Of a DNA stretch of 55,074 nt, positions 21,391-30,823 are shown one piece after another. Under the pieces are notes generated by a model. That model made no database searches and had not been told where the DNA came from. It saw nothing but the letters and a program-made list of their open reading frames with translations. Position 1 is the first letter of the stretch, and each line of letters opens with the position of its first letter. The DNA comes from a virus (taxonomy: Duplodnaviria; Caudoviricetes), in the IMG/VR virus record IMGVR_UViG_3300032290_000758, positions 1 to 55,074 of that record. One strand, written 5' to 3'. A program made the translations under genes and the position numbers.

Positions 21391-21528
21391 AAGGATGACA
21401 TCATACGGTATTTTCCGCAACATGTTTGAATTAATATAGGTACAAAGCCTTACTATAAAATAATTATAAATATTTTAATTTTTACTTAATGCATTAGTAG
21501 TTTTGCTAATACATTAATCTTTTTTAAA

Positions 21529-21828
21529 ATGATATTAAATCAAGAAAAAAGAATTGTTAAGGTAGATGCTGGGGATGAGTTTGTCCTTGAAAGGGATATC
21601 CCGATAGTTGGCATGTTTAGGTCAGTTGGCTCAAATTTTAGATACCCGTTTAAGGACATGTTTGTCGGAGAGTCTTTTGAGGTTACGATAAATGAAAGTA
21701 ATGCCCGACGTGTAGTTTGCAATATCTCGTCTGCCTGTTCATATTTCATTAAAAGAAATAATAGTACGTCAAAGTTTACTGTTAGGAGGACATCTGAGAC
21801 AACGGTCAGATGTTGGCGTATCAAATGA
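21529..21828 (+). CDS. Small putative DNA-binding protein
   Basis: 'RYPFKDMFVGESFEV...VRCWRI' phage small-protein motif; own TAGTTTTG box upstream and terminator downstream. Confidence 0.55.
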   Translation: MILNQEKRIVKVDAGDEFVLERDIPIVGMFRSVGSNFRYPFKDMFVGESFEVTINESNARRVVCNISSACSYFIKRNNSTSKFTVRRTSETTVRCWRIK

Positions 21829-21838
21829 TTATAAAAGT

Positions 21839-21861
21839 AAGCCCCCAGATCGGGGGCTTTT
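21839..21861 (+). terminator. Rho-independent terminator
   Basis: AAGCCCCC-agatc-GGGGGCTT followed by a T tract. Confidence 0.7.
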
Positions 21862-21930
21862 AAATTAGTGATTGGTTGTATGTGATTTACACCATTCAAA
21901 TATCATTCCCAAACTAATTAAGTGACAATA

Positions 21931-21980
21931 TTTCATGGGCTATTTTAGGGAGTATAAAATTTAATACAATGTAGCTTTGC
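21931..21980 (+). promoter_or_regulatory. Late-type promoter, probably giving a near-leaderless mRNA
   Basis: TTTCA at 21931; TAGCTTTG at 21972-21979; ATG at 21984. Confidence 0.55.
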
Positions 21981-21983
21981 CTC

Positions 21984-22946
21984 ATGTTAGATATTACGAT
22001 ACCCGATTTAGATGGTGTACCCACTATACTTGATGATGTGACTACCGGAGTTGATCCTAGAGATGGAGAAAAGAAGCTCATCCAGAAAAGGGCTAAGATG
22101 AACCTACCATTAGGCGGAAAGAAGCCTGCCATTGAGCTAGCTCGCGAGATCGGGTATAAATTAAACCTTGATCCTAGTATGATTCTTGGTAGCGCATTTG
22201 GCGAAGGTTTTAACTTAATGTATGACAATAAGAGACAAAATGAAAAATCAGCAGCATACGAATACAATAGGATGATGGGGAATATAGATGATAAAAAACA
22301 CCCTATAGATGCATTCTACTTTGGTGGCTTGGATAACTTCGGCCCTGTTGTTAAGGAGCTCAAGCAAAAGGGGTATATTGATCCGGAGATGGATTTTAAA
22401 ATCATGCCTGTCATGAACGAGGCGGTGGAGAAGAAATTTCTTTACAAGCCGAAGGTAGATGAAAATGGCAGGGTGGTGTATGATAAAAACGGGAAAATAG
22501 TAGTAGGTGAATATATTGGCCCAAAGGAGATAGTTGACAGGTATCTTAACTCTGATAAAATGGGTGACAATGATTTTACTAATGCAGTTACCGATACATT
22601 AAACTATGTGAAAAGTAAAGGCGGAGTTATAAATGAAAGCGTAGCTTTCTCCAGCTCTGATGATATGTTAAAAGCAAAAGCTGCTTATTTAAAGTTATTT
22701 AAAGATAAGGCCGAAAATTATGCAAAAAATAAAGGCGTATCTATCCCTAAAGAGGATATGAATTATATAATTATGTCCGCATATAATGGAGGCGCAGGTG
22801 CCGCATACGATCTTATTGATATGATGGCGGAGGGTAAAAAGAATATATCCAAGACTGGTGGTAGACGCAAAGAGGTACATAATAACCTGCAAAATAGGAT
22901 GAGGTACATTGACTATTTGTCTGAACTTACTGAAACCATACAGTAG
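21984..22946 (+). CDS. Lytic transglycosylase/lysozyme-like protein
   Basis: 'SAYNGGAG' SLT motif III and a candidate catalytic Glu in 'SAFGEG'. Confidence 0.55.
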   Translation: MLDITIPDLDGVPTILDDVTTGVDPRDGEKKLIQKRAKMNLPLGGKKPAIELAREIGYKLNLDPSMILGSAFGEGFNLMYDNKRQNEKSAAYEYNRMMGNIDDKKHPIDAFYFGGLDNFGPVVKELKQKGYIDPEMDFKIMPVMNEAVEKKFLYKPKVDENGRVVYDKNGKIVVGEYIGPKEIVDRYLNSDKMGDNDFTNAVTDTLNYVKSKGGVINESVAFSSSDDMLKAKAAYLKLFKDKAENYAKNKGVSIPKEDMNYIIMSAYNGGAGAAYDLIDMMAEGKKNISKTGGRRKEVHNNLQNRMRYIDYLSELTETIQ

Positions 22947-23421
22947 ATACATTCTTATAAATACTTACGCCCATCTTTTTAAATGGCATTGGCCATCCAT
23001 CCTCAAGTATTACCTTTTTGTGTGGTGAAGATTCTATCCACCCCTTCATTGCTACTTCAGGAGTCATATTAAATTTCTCTGGAAAATTCATTACAGCAAT
23101 TTCGTATGCTGGCTTATTCATTCCAAGCAATTCTTTAGGCTTGTCATACATTATACTCCACTTATCGTTCTTTCCTTGTGGTATACAACCGCCAGTCCAT
23201 AGCTTTGATTCAGACCACGTATGTAAACTACATGGGTTATCTTCTTTAAAGTTTAGATTAAGATCTATACTGTGCACTTCTGCAACGTAAGACAATGAGT
23301 CGCTATATTGTAATTTAGTTTTGCCATTCCTAACTCTATACTCATTTATTATATTGAAGAGTTTAACCTCTTCTGGCTCACGTTCGTGTAAGAATAATAG
23401 GCTAAATAGTATTACTATCAT
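22927..23421 (-). CDS. CAP/SCP (PR-1-like) domain protein with hydrophobic N-terminus
   Basis: 'INEYR...L..VAEVHS.DL', 'YEIA', 'GWIESSPHKKVIL', 'KMGVSI' CAP motifs. Confidence 0.8.
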   Translation of the reverse strand: MIVILFSLLFLHEREPEEVKLFNIINEYRVRNGKTKLQYSDSLSYVAEVHSIDLNLNFKEDNPCSLHTWSESKLWTGGCIPQGKNDKWSIMYDKPKELLGMNKPAYEIAVMNFPEKFNMTPEVAMKGWIESSPHKKVILEDGWPMPFKKMGVSIYKNVSTVWFQ

Positions 23422-23544
23422 TGTTAGTATTTATTAAGTCTTCTAATTTTTTTATTGTCTGCCCTAGGACTAACCCTATTTTAAGGTGATCCCCAGATTG
23501 AACAGCCTGTGCTAGTGCGATATAGATTTTTTTTAATTCGCTTT

Positions 23545-23766
23545 TCATGTTAATTCTGGTTTTAATTTTTCTCCTGCCGATGGGTTGCCATAAATATGTA
23601 TATCGTTTTGATCAAATGTTCTTACCTCACCGGTATGGTAAATCTTAATAATAAACTGTGGGTTGGAGTGAATAGATCCGGCGATCATGAATAGCGCCAC
23701 CCCATAGCCGAGTGGAGTCTCCACATCGAATGGGTTAAGAATCTCATGGATGGTTTGGACTACCAT
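23545..23766 (-). CDS. Hypothetical protein
   Basis: ORF packed in the leftward operon. Confidence 0.55.
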   Translation of the reverse strand: MVVQTIHEILNPFDVETPLGYGVALFMIAGSIHSNPQFIIKIYHTGEVRTFDQNDIHIYGNPSAGEKLKPELT

Positions 23767-23769
23767 ACT

Positions 23770-23964
23770 CTATCTGTTTTTAGTTGGTGTTCTAATAGCG
23801 ATTACTGATCCTACCTTTTCTACCTTGATGTTGTTAAAGGTTAGTACCCCCGAGCAGTCGGGACATTCAAGTTTCTTTTCCTGTAGCTCTGAGTCCCATA
23901 CATACTCCTTCAGCTCAGCGCCACATTTACATTTGTAGGTTCTTGGGATTAGTTTATTCCTCAT
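23770..23964 (-). CDS. Zinc-ribbon protein (FmdB-like)
   Basis: 'PRTYKCKCG...ECPDCSG'. Confidence 0.6.
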   Translation of the reverse strand: MRNKLIPRTYKCKCGAELKEYVWDSELQEKKLECPDCSGVLTFNNIKVEKVGSVIAIRTPTKNR

Positions 23965-24679
23965 TGCGTCTTCTTTTAATCATCTCCATAATAACTGAAA
24001 CGCTTTGTTTAAGCGATATAATATCTGACACATTAAAAATTTTATAATCAAAATCCCAGTCGTCTAATGCAGTCTCCGATGGATGGTCGTTCACTGGCTT
24101 TACCCCCGGTCTGTCGATACGTATAATTACTCCGCCTCTATCTTTAATCGCCTGTGCCTCATTAGGGAACCTGCAATCAGTAAATATCCAGTTCTGATCA
24201 GACATCACTGGAGATCCGTTTGCATCATATCCAAATACTTCTGGTTTATATCCGGCCATAGCTGCGTTTACCCATGCATTAGGATGGAGGCCATCCCTTA
24301 CTGCATCTGTCCCTAACTTCTGCAAGAAGTCTCTTACTGTAATTGGTTCATGTTTTGAGAACCATTTACTATCAGATCTGTCCCAATCTTCAGGGAATAT
24401 CCCTCTCCATATATTCCATTCAGGCCCAAGATTAGTTTTCTTAAACTCTTGATCCTCAAATTTATCGATGGATATACCAGTCAATATGCTGGCTATCTTT
24501 TTCATGGGGCCGGCAAACTTTTTTATCTGCCAGTTTGATTTCATCTCTAGTATAAATAGATGATTACTGTGTGTTAATTCCTCTAGTGTTATATCAACAT
24601 CCTTTATACAGCAGTATTGTATGAGCTTAGCGGCTAGGTCTTTGCCTGCTCCGGCGTAACCTGATAATCCTATAATCAT
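23954..24679 (-). CDS. Deoxynucleoside monophosphate kinase (T4 gp1-like)
   Basis: 'IIGLSGYAGAGKD' P-loop, 'RDFLQKLGTD', 'TDCRFPNE', 'HPSETALD'. Confidence 0.9.
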   Translation of the reverse strand: MIIGLSGYAGAGKDLAAKLIQYCCIKDVDITLEELTHSNHLFILEMKSNWQIKKFAGPMKKIASILTGISIDKFEDQEFKKTNLGPEWNIWRGIFPEDWDRSDSKWFSKHEPITVRDFLQKLGTDAVRDGLHPNAWVNAAMAGYKPEVFGYDANGSPVMSDQNWIFTDCRFPNEAQAIKDRGGVIIRIDRPGVKPVNDHPSETALDDWDFDYKIFNVSDIISLKQSVSVIMEMIKRRRNEE

Positions 24680-24969
24680 ATTGATTTAATTGTTATGTAT
24701 TCTTTAATTTCAATCTTGTCTTTATGGCTAGCTAGTAAAAGTGTAAGTATTTCTACCACCTCAAAGTATTCCATGACTAATGGCTTTCTATTTCGTAACT
24801 TAATTACAACACCATCTCCATCATCTATTAATTCACCAAACTTCTCGCCGGGTTCAGACCATTCAACGCTATTAGAATACTTAATCCTAACTCTATTACT
24901 ATTTATCTCTAGATCGTAATCATAAGAGTCAACAGGGCCATTATTTTTTTTATTTGTCCAGACTTGCAT
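24676..24969 (-). CDS. Hypothetical protein
   Basis: ATG at 24969, after a U-tract/A-rich leader. Confidence 0.55.
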   Translation of the reverse strand: MQVWTNKKNNGPVDSYDYDLEINSNRVRIKYSNSVEWSEPGEKFGELIDDGDGVVIKLRNRKPLVMEYFEVVEILTLLLASHKDKIEIKEYITIKSI

Positions 24970-24974
24970 AATAA

Positions 24975-25055
24975 TAAAAAAGAGGGAAGGCATACAGGTA
25001 CATCCGCGATGTAGCATTTGCCGTGGCTTTCCGGCTTACTCTGACTCTCCTTCCC
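24975..25055 (-). ncRNA. Branched intergenic RNA ending in a U-tract (attenuator/terminator-like)
   Basis: Minus strand: a GGGAAGG/CCUUCCC closing stem encloses GCCG/CGGC and UACAUC/GAUGUA hairpins and is followed by UCUUUUUU. Confidence 0.45.
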
Positions 25056-25062
25056 GGGTTAA

Positions 25063-25293
25063 TTAAAATGGTAACTTCTCTTCTGCTGTTGCAGGGGCAG
25101 GAGTATACACCTGAAGATAAGGCTTGCCCTCCTTACTCTTGCGCAAGGTTACATTAACCCAACCCTTCTCGTTTAGGTTGTCTGTCAGCTTTTGAATGTC
25201 ATCAGCTGTGAATCCGATACGGGTTTCTAGTTCTCCAAACTTGTTGGTTGCTTCTGTTGTACGTCCTACGTACACTTTGTCTGTGTTTGCCAT
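25063..25293 (-). CDS. Small SSB-like protein
   Basis: Beta-rich with a C-terminal 'EEKLPF' SSB-type tail; located in the replication module. Confidence 0.5.
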   Translation of the reverse strand: MANTDKVYVGRTTEATNKFGELETRIGFTADDIQKLTDNLNEKGWVNVTLRKSKEGKPYLQVYTPAPATAEEKLPF

Positions 25294-25295
25294 GT

Positions 25296-25436
25296 TTACT
25301 TGATTTTAATTGTTAACGTGTGATGAATTAATCCTAACTCAATTACTAGTTCTTTTTGCTTTTTGTTAAATACGATTACGAATACTGGTAGTAATAAGTA
25401 ATCATTGTGCTTTTCAAAAGTGGTGCTGAGTGTCAT
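25296..25436 (-). CDS. Small hypothetical protein (46 aa, not in ORF track)
   Basis: MTLSTTFEKHNDYLLLPVFVIVFNKK...; fills the gap between neighbouring genes exactly. Confidence 0.45.
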   Translation of the reverse strand: MTLSTTFEKHNDYLLLPVFVIVFNKKQKELVIELGLIHHTLTIKIK

Positions 25437-25777
25437 ATGATATGATTTGATTTTAGCATCTGCATGATTTCCTTAAAGTCATCTAGTGTCATTGCTACGA
25501 TAGTCCCTTGTCGATTTTTTTTATGAAAGACAACATTGTAGTTATGGCCTTTCGGCATCTCGTCTAACACCTTGTGCATACTACCTAGGTTCTCGACTGC
25601 TTTACACTGTACATTGAAGGGATCGGTGAAGCATAGGTCAATGCCTTGGTCATCTTTGTTCTTTGACTCAGATCGGGAGCTAACACATTTCTCATAGCCT
25701 AGCTCTCTAAAAAAGTCTCTTATCTGTAGCTCGAAGGAGTGGCCCTTCTGCCTCGCTGATCGTCCTCTTGTTGCCAT
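25433..25777 (-). CDS. Holliday junction resolvase (Hjc-like PD-(D/E)XK)
   Basis: 'ARQKGHSFE..IRDFF', 'GIDL', 'VQCK', 'VFHKKNR', 'MTLDDF'. Confidence 0.8.
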   Translation of the reverse strand: MATRGRSARQKGHSFELQIRDFFRELGYEKCVSSRSESKNKDDQGIDLCFTDPFNVQCKAVENLGSMHKVLDEMPKGHNYNVVFHKKNRQGTIVAMTLDDFKEIMQMLKSNHII

Positions 25778-26063
25778 ACGTGTACAGTCTTTTAAATTTT
25801 ATCAGATCAAGAATTGTGTCCCAGTCAGTGGAGGGATGGAAGATTGTTTTGTAGAACTTCATGGGATTAGCAGGGTCAATCATCAGTAGTTCTTTACCCG
25901 GTCCTACATCCTCTTCAGTTGCTGGTATTATCTCAAAGTCATTGGGCACTACCTTCCATTCTCCTCTGTATGCATTCCATATCAGCTCATAGATTTCCGG
26001 CGTTGATGAGCTTAGTGTAGTCTTTGATTGGCTGGTTGATGAATTTCGTTTTGTCCGTGCCAT
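25707..26063 (-). CDS. Hypothetical protein (start uncertain)
   Basis: ORF between helicase and resolvase, overlapping both. Confidence 0.4.
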   Translation of the reverse strand: MARTKRNSSTSQSKTTLSSSTPEIYELIWNAYRGEWKVVPNDFEIIPATEEDVGPGKELLMIDPANPMKFYKTIFHPSTDWDTILDLIKFKRLYTYGNKRTISEAEGPLLRATDKRLF

Positions 26064-27714
26064 CGTTTACTTTTTCGGTGGGGAAATATCTGGAGGTCGC
26101 AATCTCAAAGCGGAAGAAGTCTGTTGACTCCTGCCCACTGAATCGGAACCTAATCTTCCAGAAGTGGATCTCTGTTTGATTGCTCTCTCGGTTGCGGTAG
26201 ACAGTGATGCCTACGTCCGGTGCGTTGTAGTAGTGCGAGCTATCACCCACATCATACCCTGTTGGCACTTCGTACACTGCTTGCTTAACCTTAGAAAGTT
26301 TTTTTGGGTGCGCCACTAACCAAATGTGAATACCTAGATCACGAGCAAACGATCTTAAGTCGCGCATCATGTTGCCGATCTGGTTGTGTTTGTTCTCACC
26401 CGATCCCACGATTTGTCGCTCAACTGTACTCATGTTATCGATCACGAGCCCTCTTATACCATGGCGCTTCACCATCTCCTCAGCCTTTGCCATGATTGCC
26501 TCTACTGTTGAATCGTTCTCAGACAGCTTGTAGTACTTAAAATGATCGTTTAAAAACGGGGTGGCATCAATCACCTCATCTCTAGAGATACGGGCTGTGT
26601 TGGGCGCTGTGAAGAAGCTTTTACCAGTCTTGATAGAGATCAGATCTGTCATCGCAAAGCTTGCGCTAGCTTCTTCTGCTGAGTAGATTAGGTATGACCA
26701 GCCATGTCTCTCAGCCAGACGCACCAAAACATTTTTCAACCACGTTGTCTTACCGTGTCCCGGAATACCTGTGATAAGTGTTACCATCCCGGGGTGCCAC
26801 TGGAAGTGGTCGTCCAAGTTTTCCCATCCGGTGTCGAATCCTTTGGGATATCCTTGTTCCCAGAGTCCGACCAATTCGGTGGAGCTGACGGTGTCGATTC
26901 CGTCCACAGGGAAGGGCTCTGCGTTGTTGTAACAGTCGCGGAGTACATCCTTGCCGTGCTTGAGGAGTGTTTCGTTTGCATCCTTTTCAGGAAGATGTAC
27001 AATCCAACAATTCTGCTTACCAAGACGGCGGGCAAGCTCACTACGTAACGCCAGTCCCGGTTCGTCGTTGTCGGTGGCCAGATAAATTTTCTTTCCCTCG
27101 AAGTAGGGGAGCATCTCTGCCAACCATTCAAGCTTCTGGTTCCCTTTACTGGCTCCGTTAGGAACACTGACCGCAGTCTTAACACCAGCCTCGTAAAAAG
27201 ACAGAGTATCAATCTCGCCTTCAGTAATAACCAGTTCAGTGTCGCTGTTATCAATAGCAACGTCAATCCCATAAAGGCTAAGCATAGCGCCAGACACCAG
27301 CTTAAACCTCTTCTGAGAATCTCTGTACTTGATATTAACGAGTTCGCCATGTAAATAGTAATTGAAGTTTATACACTTTGATTGCTGATCTCCCATGTAC
27401 TCTGTGGACTCCGTCAATTTGTATCTGAGTAGCGTCTGGTTACTGATTCCTCTGGTGCCGAAGTAGTCGATCACACCCTGTGATAATGATTTATATTCTT
27501 CCACAGGGCGTGTGTATTCCTTTTTATTTTTCACCTTGACCGTACCAGACCAACCGCAGTTGTGACAGTTCCATATACCATCATCTACATTTACAGAAAG
27601 GCATGGATCTGCTTTGTGCTTACGAGTCTGTGAGCATTTAGGACATGTAGTCTTAACGTCACCACGAGAACCGTTACGCACGTTAATGCCATATCTTTTT
27701 AATTGCTCTATCAT
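25987..27714 (-). CDS. DNA primase-helicase (T7 gp4/Twinkle-like)
   Basis: Zn finger CPKC...CHNC; TOPRIM 'ITEGEID', 'SVPNGA', 'TDNDEPG', 'KDANE'; Walker A GIPGHGKT; 'LVAHP'. Confidence 0.95.
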   Translation of the reverse strand: MIEQLKRYGINVRNGSRGDVKTTCPKCSQTRKHKADPCLSVNVDDGIWNCHNCGWSGTVKVKNKKEYTRPVEEYKSLSQGVIDYFGTRGISNQTLLRYKLTESTEYMGDQQSKCINFNYYLHGELVNIKYRDSQKRFKLVSGAMLSLYGIDVAIDNSDTELVITEGEIDTLSFYEAGVKTAVSVPNGASKGNQKLEWLAEMLPYFEGKKIYLATDNDEPGLALRSELARRLGKQNCWIVHLPEKDANETLLKHGKDVLRDCYNNAEPFPVDGIDTVSSTELVGLWEQGYPKGFDTGWENLDDHFQWHPGMVTLITGIPGHGKTTWLKNVLVRLAERHGWSYLIYSAEEASASFAMTDLISIKTGKSFFTAPNTARISRDEVIDATPFLNDHFKYYKLSENDSTVEAIMAKAEEMVKRHGIRGLVIDNMSTVERQIVGSGENKHNQIGNMMRDLRSFARDLGIHIWLVAHPKKLSKVKQAVYEVPTGYDVGDSSHYYNAPDVGITVYRNRESNQTEIHFWKIRFRFSGQESTDFFRFEIATSRYFPTEKVNDGTDKTKFINQPIKDYTKLINAGNL

Positions 27715-27881
27715 TTCTTTAATTCTTTAGCTACTGCTTTAATTTTTAATTCCATATCATAGATCTTTATCTTGAGTGAATCGCCTCTCTCATAATACTT
27801 ATTCATCTTTCTAACTAACTCTTCTCGTTGATCTTCTAGCTGGTCGTACTTTAGGTACAATTCTTTTTTCTTATCTGTCAT
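27711..27881 (-). CDS. Small coiled-coil protein (56 aa, not in ORF track)
   Basis: MTDKKKELYLKYDQLEDQREEL...; overlaps neighbouring start and stop codons. Confidence 0.5.
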   Translation of the reverse strand: MTDKKKELYLKYDQLEDQREELVRKMNKYYERGDSLKIKIYDMELKIKAVAKELKK

Positions 27882-28323
27882 GTTTTTGTTTTTGAATCCA
27901 ATAATCTGTTGCGTCTTCTAGGTATGTAATAAATTTTTGCTTACTCCCAAATAGGGTGGCTGGACGTAGATATTGTCGCATCTTATCGTCATTACCCCAT
28001 GTCTCTAGTTTGTGTAGGATCACAGATTGAAACTGTTCGAATGTTACTTTTGGAATTTGCCTGATAATAGAACTTATCTTCTCGGTGTTTTGATAGTTCT
28101 TACTGTACACTTTATTGAAGTATGCCATCACTTGATTTGCTAGATCTTCATTCTGATATTTCTCGATCTCTTCCTTTATTGCAGTGTACTTATTGAAGTA
28201 TTCTAGTGGCGCATCAACAAGAAAACAAGACTCGTCAGTTACAAGTATAAGTTCGTCTAGTGCTGTTAGTGCATCCTTCTTCGTACTAAATTTCTTCAGG
28301 AAGTTCTGTGCGTCCGTATTCAT
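27871..28323 (-). CDS. Phage replisome-organiser-like protein (Phg_2220_C-type C-terminus)
   Basis: 'W.NDDKMRQYLRPATLFG.K.F..YL' motif. Confidence 0.7.
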   Translation of the reverse strand: MNTDAQNFLKKFSTKKDALTALDELILVTDESCFLVDAPLEYFNKYTAIKEEIEKYQNEDLANQVMAYFNKVYSKNYQNTEKISSIIRQIPKVTFEQFQSVILHKLETWGNDDKMRQYLRPATLFGSKQKFITYLEDATDYWIQKQKHDR

Positions 28324-28504
28324 ACATGCAGTCTTTTATAGTGTTAACTGGCCAGCCAGCGGCAATTAGCAGCGCGGCAAATGCATCTATTGCATCTTGT
28401 ATTTTAGTTTCATCAAGCCTACCAATAGGCGTCTTCCTTCCATGTGTCCTGTACTCGTTGACCCATGTTAGTCTCTTGCTGTATTGGTCGATTGTAATTC
28501 TCAT
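28286..28504 (-). CDS. Hypothetical protein
   Basis: ORF in the operon. Confidence 0.5.
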   Translation of the reverse strand: MRITIDQYSKRLTWVNEYRTHGRKTPIGRLDETKIQDAIDAFAALLIAAGWPVNTIKDCMYEYGRTELPEEI

Positions 28505-28763
28505 AATGCTTTAATTTGATCTTATGATAGAATAGCGTTGGATCTTTTCGATTTCTTTCAGATGTTACTTCTACATGGATGATGTAAATATTACCAAGTA
28601 CAGGCGGTGCTTTATCTCCCCATAATTCTGCCCTTAGTAGCTTGCCGCTACCAGTGTGGAATAACACAAACCTGAGCGAGTAATCTTTCCCATCTATTGA
28701 GAAAAATTTCTGTTCTGATATTTCGATAGCCTTAGCTTTAATCATGTTGCAACCAGTTATCAA
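28419..28763 (-). CDS. Putative OB-fold ssDNA-binding protein (DUF3127-like)
   Basis: Beta-strand pattern with 'AELWGDK', 'VEVTSER', 'FYHKI'. Confidence 0.35.
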   Translation of the reverse strand: MITGCNMIKAKAIEISEQKFFSIDGKDYSLRFVLFHTGSGKLLRAELWGDKAPPVLGNIYIIHVEVTSERNRKDPTLFYHKIKLKHYENYNRPIQQETNMGQRVQDTWKEDAYW

Positions 28764-29130
28764 TTTTTAAATATGCGTTTTGGTTATGGGTGTGTTTAAT
28801 GGCGTTTAGGCAAAGTGATACTTTCAAGTAGAACTTCTTGATGCTATCTTCAATGATGAAAATTGAACCTTCATCTACTCTACGCTTAGACTCGCGTAGG
28901 TTCGCCCTAAATTGCTGAATCTTGTTGCGGTGTGAATCGTAAGTCATATCTAAATAGTCTTGTACATTAGATGCGTCAAAACCATTCATGTCCGCGATAC
29001 CTACAAAAATCATTCGCGCAAGATCTTTAGCTCCCTCATAGGTCTCTGAGGTTTGAAGAATCTTTGATCCCGCTCTGTCCCAGATGAACTGAGGCTTCAT
29101 TAGCTTTTCGATTTCATTTAGTCTTACCAT
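28738..29130 (-). CDS. Hypothetical protein
   Basis: 130-aa ORF in the operon. Confidence 0.55.
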   Translation of the reverse strand: MVRLNEIEKLMKPQFIWDRAGSKILQTSETYEGAKDLARMIFVGIADMNGFDASNVQDYLDMTYDSHRNKIQQFRANLRESKRRVDEGSIFIIEDSIKKFYLKVSLCLNAIKHTHNQNAYLKIDNWLQHD

Positions 29131-29133
29131 AGT

Positions 29134-30135
29134 TTAGGATTTGTTTAATCGTATTTGAAATTGTTTTCTCCATGTTATTTTACCATTTGGTAGCTCCATA
29201 ATTTGAGCTCCGCCGTTCTGCTCCATGTATTGCTTGAGCTTGTTGCCATACAGGAGCTTCTCTGATTCAGCTTGCTTGATCATGTCGGTATGCTTTGCAT
29301 ATTCAGATGCCCAGTCAGCTTGCTCTTGACTACCGTGGATAGTAATATCATTCTCACGGTCTTTATGTTTTACAGATATGAAAGCGTTGAAGTCCTCTGA
29401 GTTATCCGCTGGTGGTTCAAACTGTGCAGCGATACCGTAGATATCTTCCTTATCACTTGCGCCTACTGATATAATCTCTGCGCGGGCAGCAAGTACTCTA
29501 CGCTGGTGTTCTTCCGCTTTCTGAAGGATAGCCTGCTGGATATCAGGATCAGCTTCAAATAATTTCACTAGCATATCCTGACCATCTACCTGCATACAGA
29601 TCTCTGCATAATTATATCCGGTCACGAGCATGTAATGGTTCATCTGTGCGATATAGTTCGGGGGAACACCATCGATATAAGAATCAACTGTCATCTTCCC
29701 GACGTTCTTAATCTCAAGTATTCCTTTTTTCTTTCCCATGGTTGGGTGAAGAGTGATCTCGCCATCTAGATTTGCAAATAGGGAGGGGTAATTGTGGTTC
29801 TCAATGATGGCTTTTATCTTGCGGAACTTGCGGATCTTGTTCTTACTTATTACATTCTTAACAAAGTTTTGCTCACCATCCCAATACTGCCACATCTCTG
29901 CTATAGTATCCTCCAGCATTTTCCCGAATGCCATCTGCCTGTTCATTTTAGTAGGCAATAAATCCATCCCAATTGATTGGTAGAATAGATTAATAGGGGA
30001 CTTCCATTTGTTCCATCCCAGTAGCGTACCAGCATCTGATCCACCTACCATGCCCCTAGACGAAAACGACTGGCGTAATTTCTGCCAGTCGCTTTCTGAT
30101 AAACCCTTAGTACTCGTTCGTTTAAGACTTCGCAT
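29134..30135 (-). CDS. YqaJ-like viral recombination exonuclease
   Basis: 'GGSDAGTLLG.NKWKSP', 'FANLDG', 'LEIK', 'P.NY.AQ..HYM.VTG'. Confidence 0.9.
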   Translation of the reverse strand: MRSLKRTSTKGLSESDWQKLRQSFSSRGMVGGSDAGTLLGWNKWKSPINLFYQSIGMDLLPTKMNRQMAFGKMLEDTIAEMWQYWDGEQNFVKNVISKNKIRKFRKIKAIIENHNYPSLFANLDGEITLHPTMGKKKGILEIKNVGKMTVDSYIDGVPPNYIAQMNHYMLVTGYNYAEICMQVDGQDMLVKLFEADPDIQQAILQKAEEHQRRVLAARAEIISVGASDKEDIYGIAAQFEPPADNSEDFNAFISVKHKDRENDITIHGSQEQADWASEYAKHTDMIKQAESEKLLYGNKLKQYMEQNGGAQIMELPNGKITWRKQFQIRLNKS

Positions 30136-30823
30136 CTTTAATTAGTTTAGTAAGCGCAGTTTTTTGCGCTAGGTTTAGTTTGTATTTTGGTAATGCCTCC
30201 TCTACTTCTTTGATCTTACCCTCCGAGATTGCCTTAATCATTGCGTCAAACTGTTTGGGTTGCAATGGCTGTATTTCTGAAGATGTTTTTTCTTCTGATG
30301 GTGTAGGCGCTGGTTCGGGGGCTTTTTTAATCTCCTTATATGCGCCCTGTTTAAGGGAATTAATATGCTTAGTCAAATCCCATACTCTTTCTCCTTTGTT
30401 ATCTATAGGGTTGCCATATTGATCACAGGCCACAGTTACCATAGGCATATCGTACAAGAATCTACCGATCCCCCACTGCACAGCGGCGCGTTTGAATGCG
30501 TCAGAGGCTGCTGACTTTCCTGCTTGCTCATACATCTGATCTTTCTCGTCGTTCTCCACTCGCGCTCCGCAATCCCATTTCCAGTAAATCTTAGCGTTCT
30601 CATCGTAGATACCGATGCCTGCAAAAATGAATCCTCCGATATCTTTGAAGGCAGATTCCCACCCATATATGCAGTGAACATCTAATACATCCATCACTTG
30701 CCTTGCATCAATAAAGGCTGAACAGAAGGCTTTGCTTTTATCTTTACTGCGGCTTTGTACACGCCATTGGTAGGGCACCGGAACCTTTAGGGTTTCGGAT
30801 ATCCCATGAATAAAACTCTTCAT
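30122..30823 (-). CDS. Rad52/Sak-like single-strand annealing protein
   Basis: 'WRVQ...AFIDARQVMDVLD', 'KWDCG', 'KSAASDAFKRAAVQWGIGRFLY'. Confidence 0.9.
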   Translation of the reverse strand: MKSFIHGISETLKVPVPYQWRVQSRSKDKSKAFCSAFIDARQVMDVLDVHCIYGWESAFKDIGGFIFAGIGIYDENAKIYWKWDCGARVENDEKDQMYEQAGKSAASDAFKRAAVQWGIGRFLYDMPMVTVACDQYGNPIDNKGERVWDLTKHINSLKQGAYKEIKKAPEPAPTPSEEKTSSEIQPLQPKQFDAMIKAISEGKIKEVEEALPKYKLNLAQKTALTKLIKDAKS

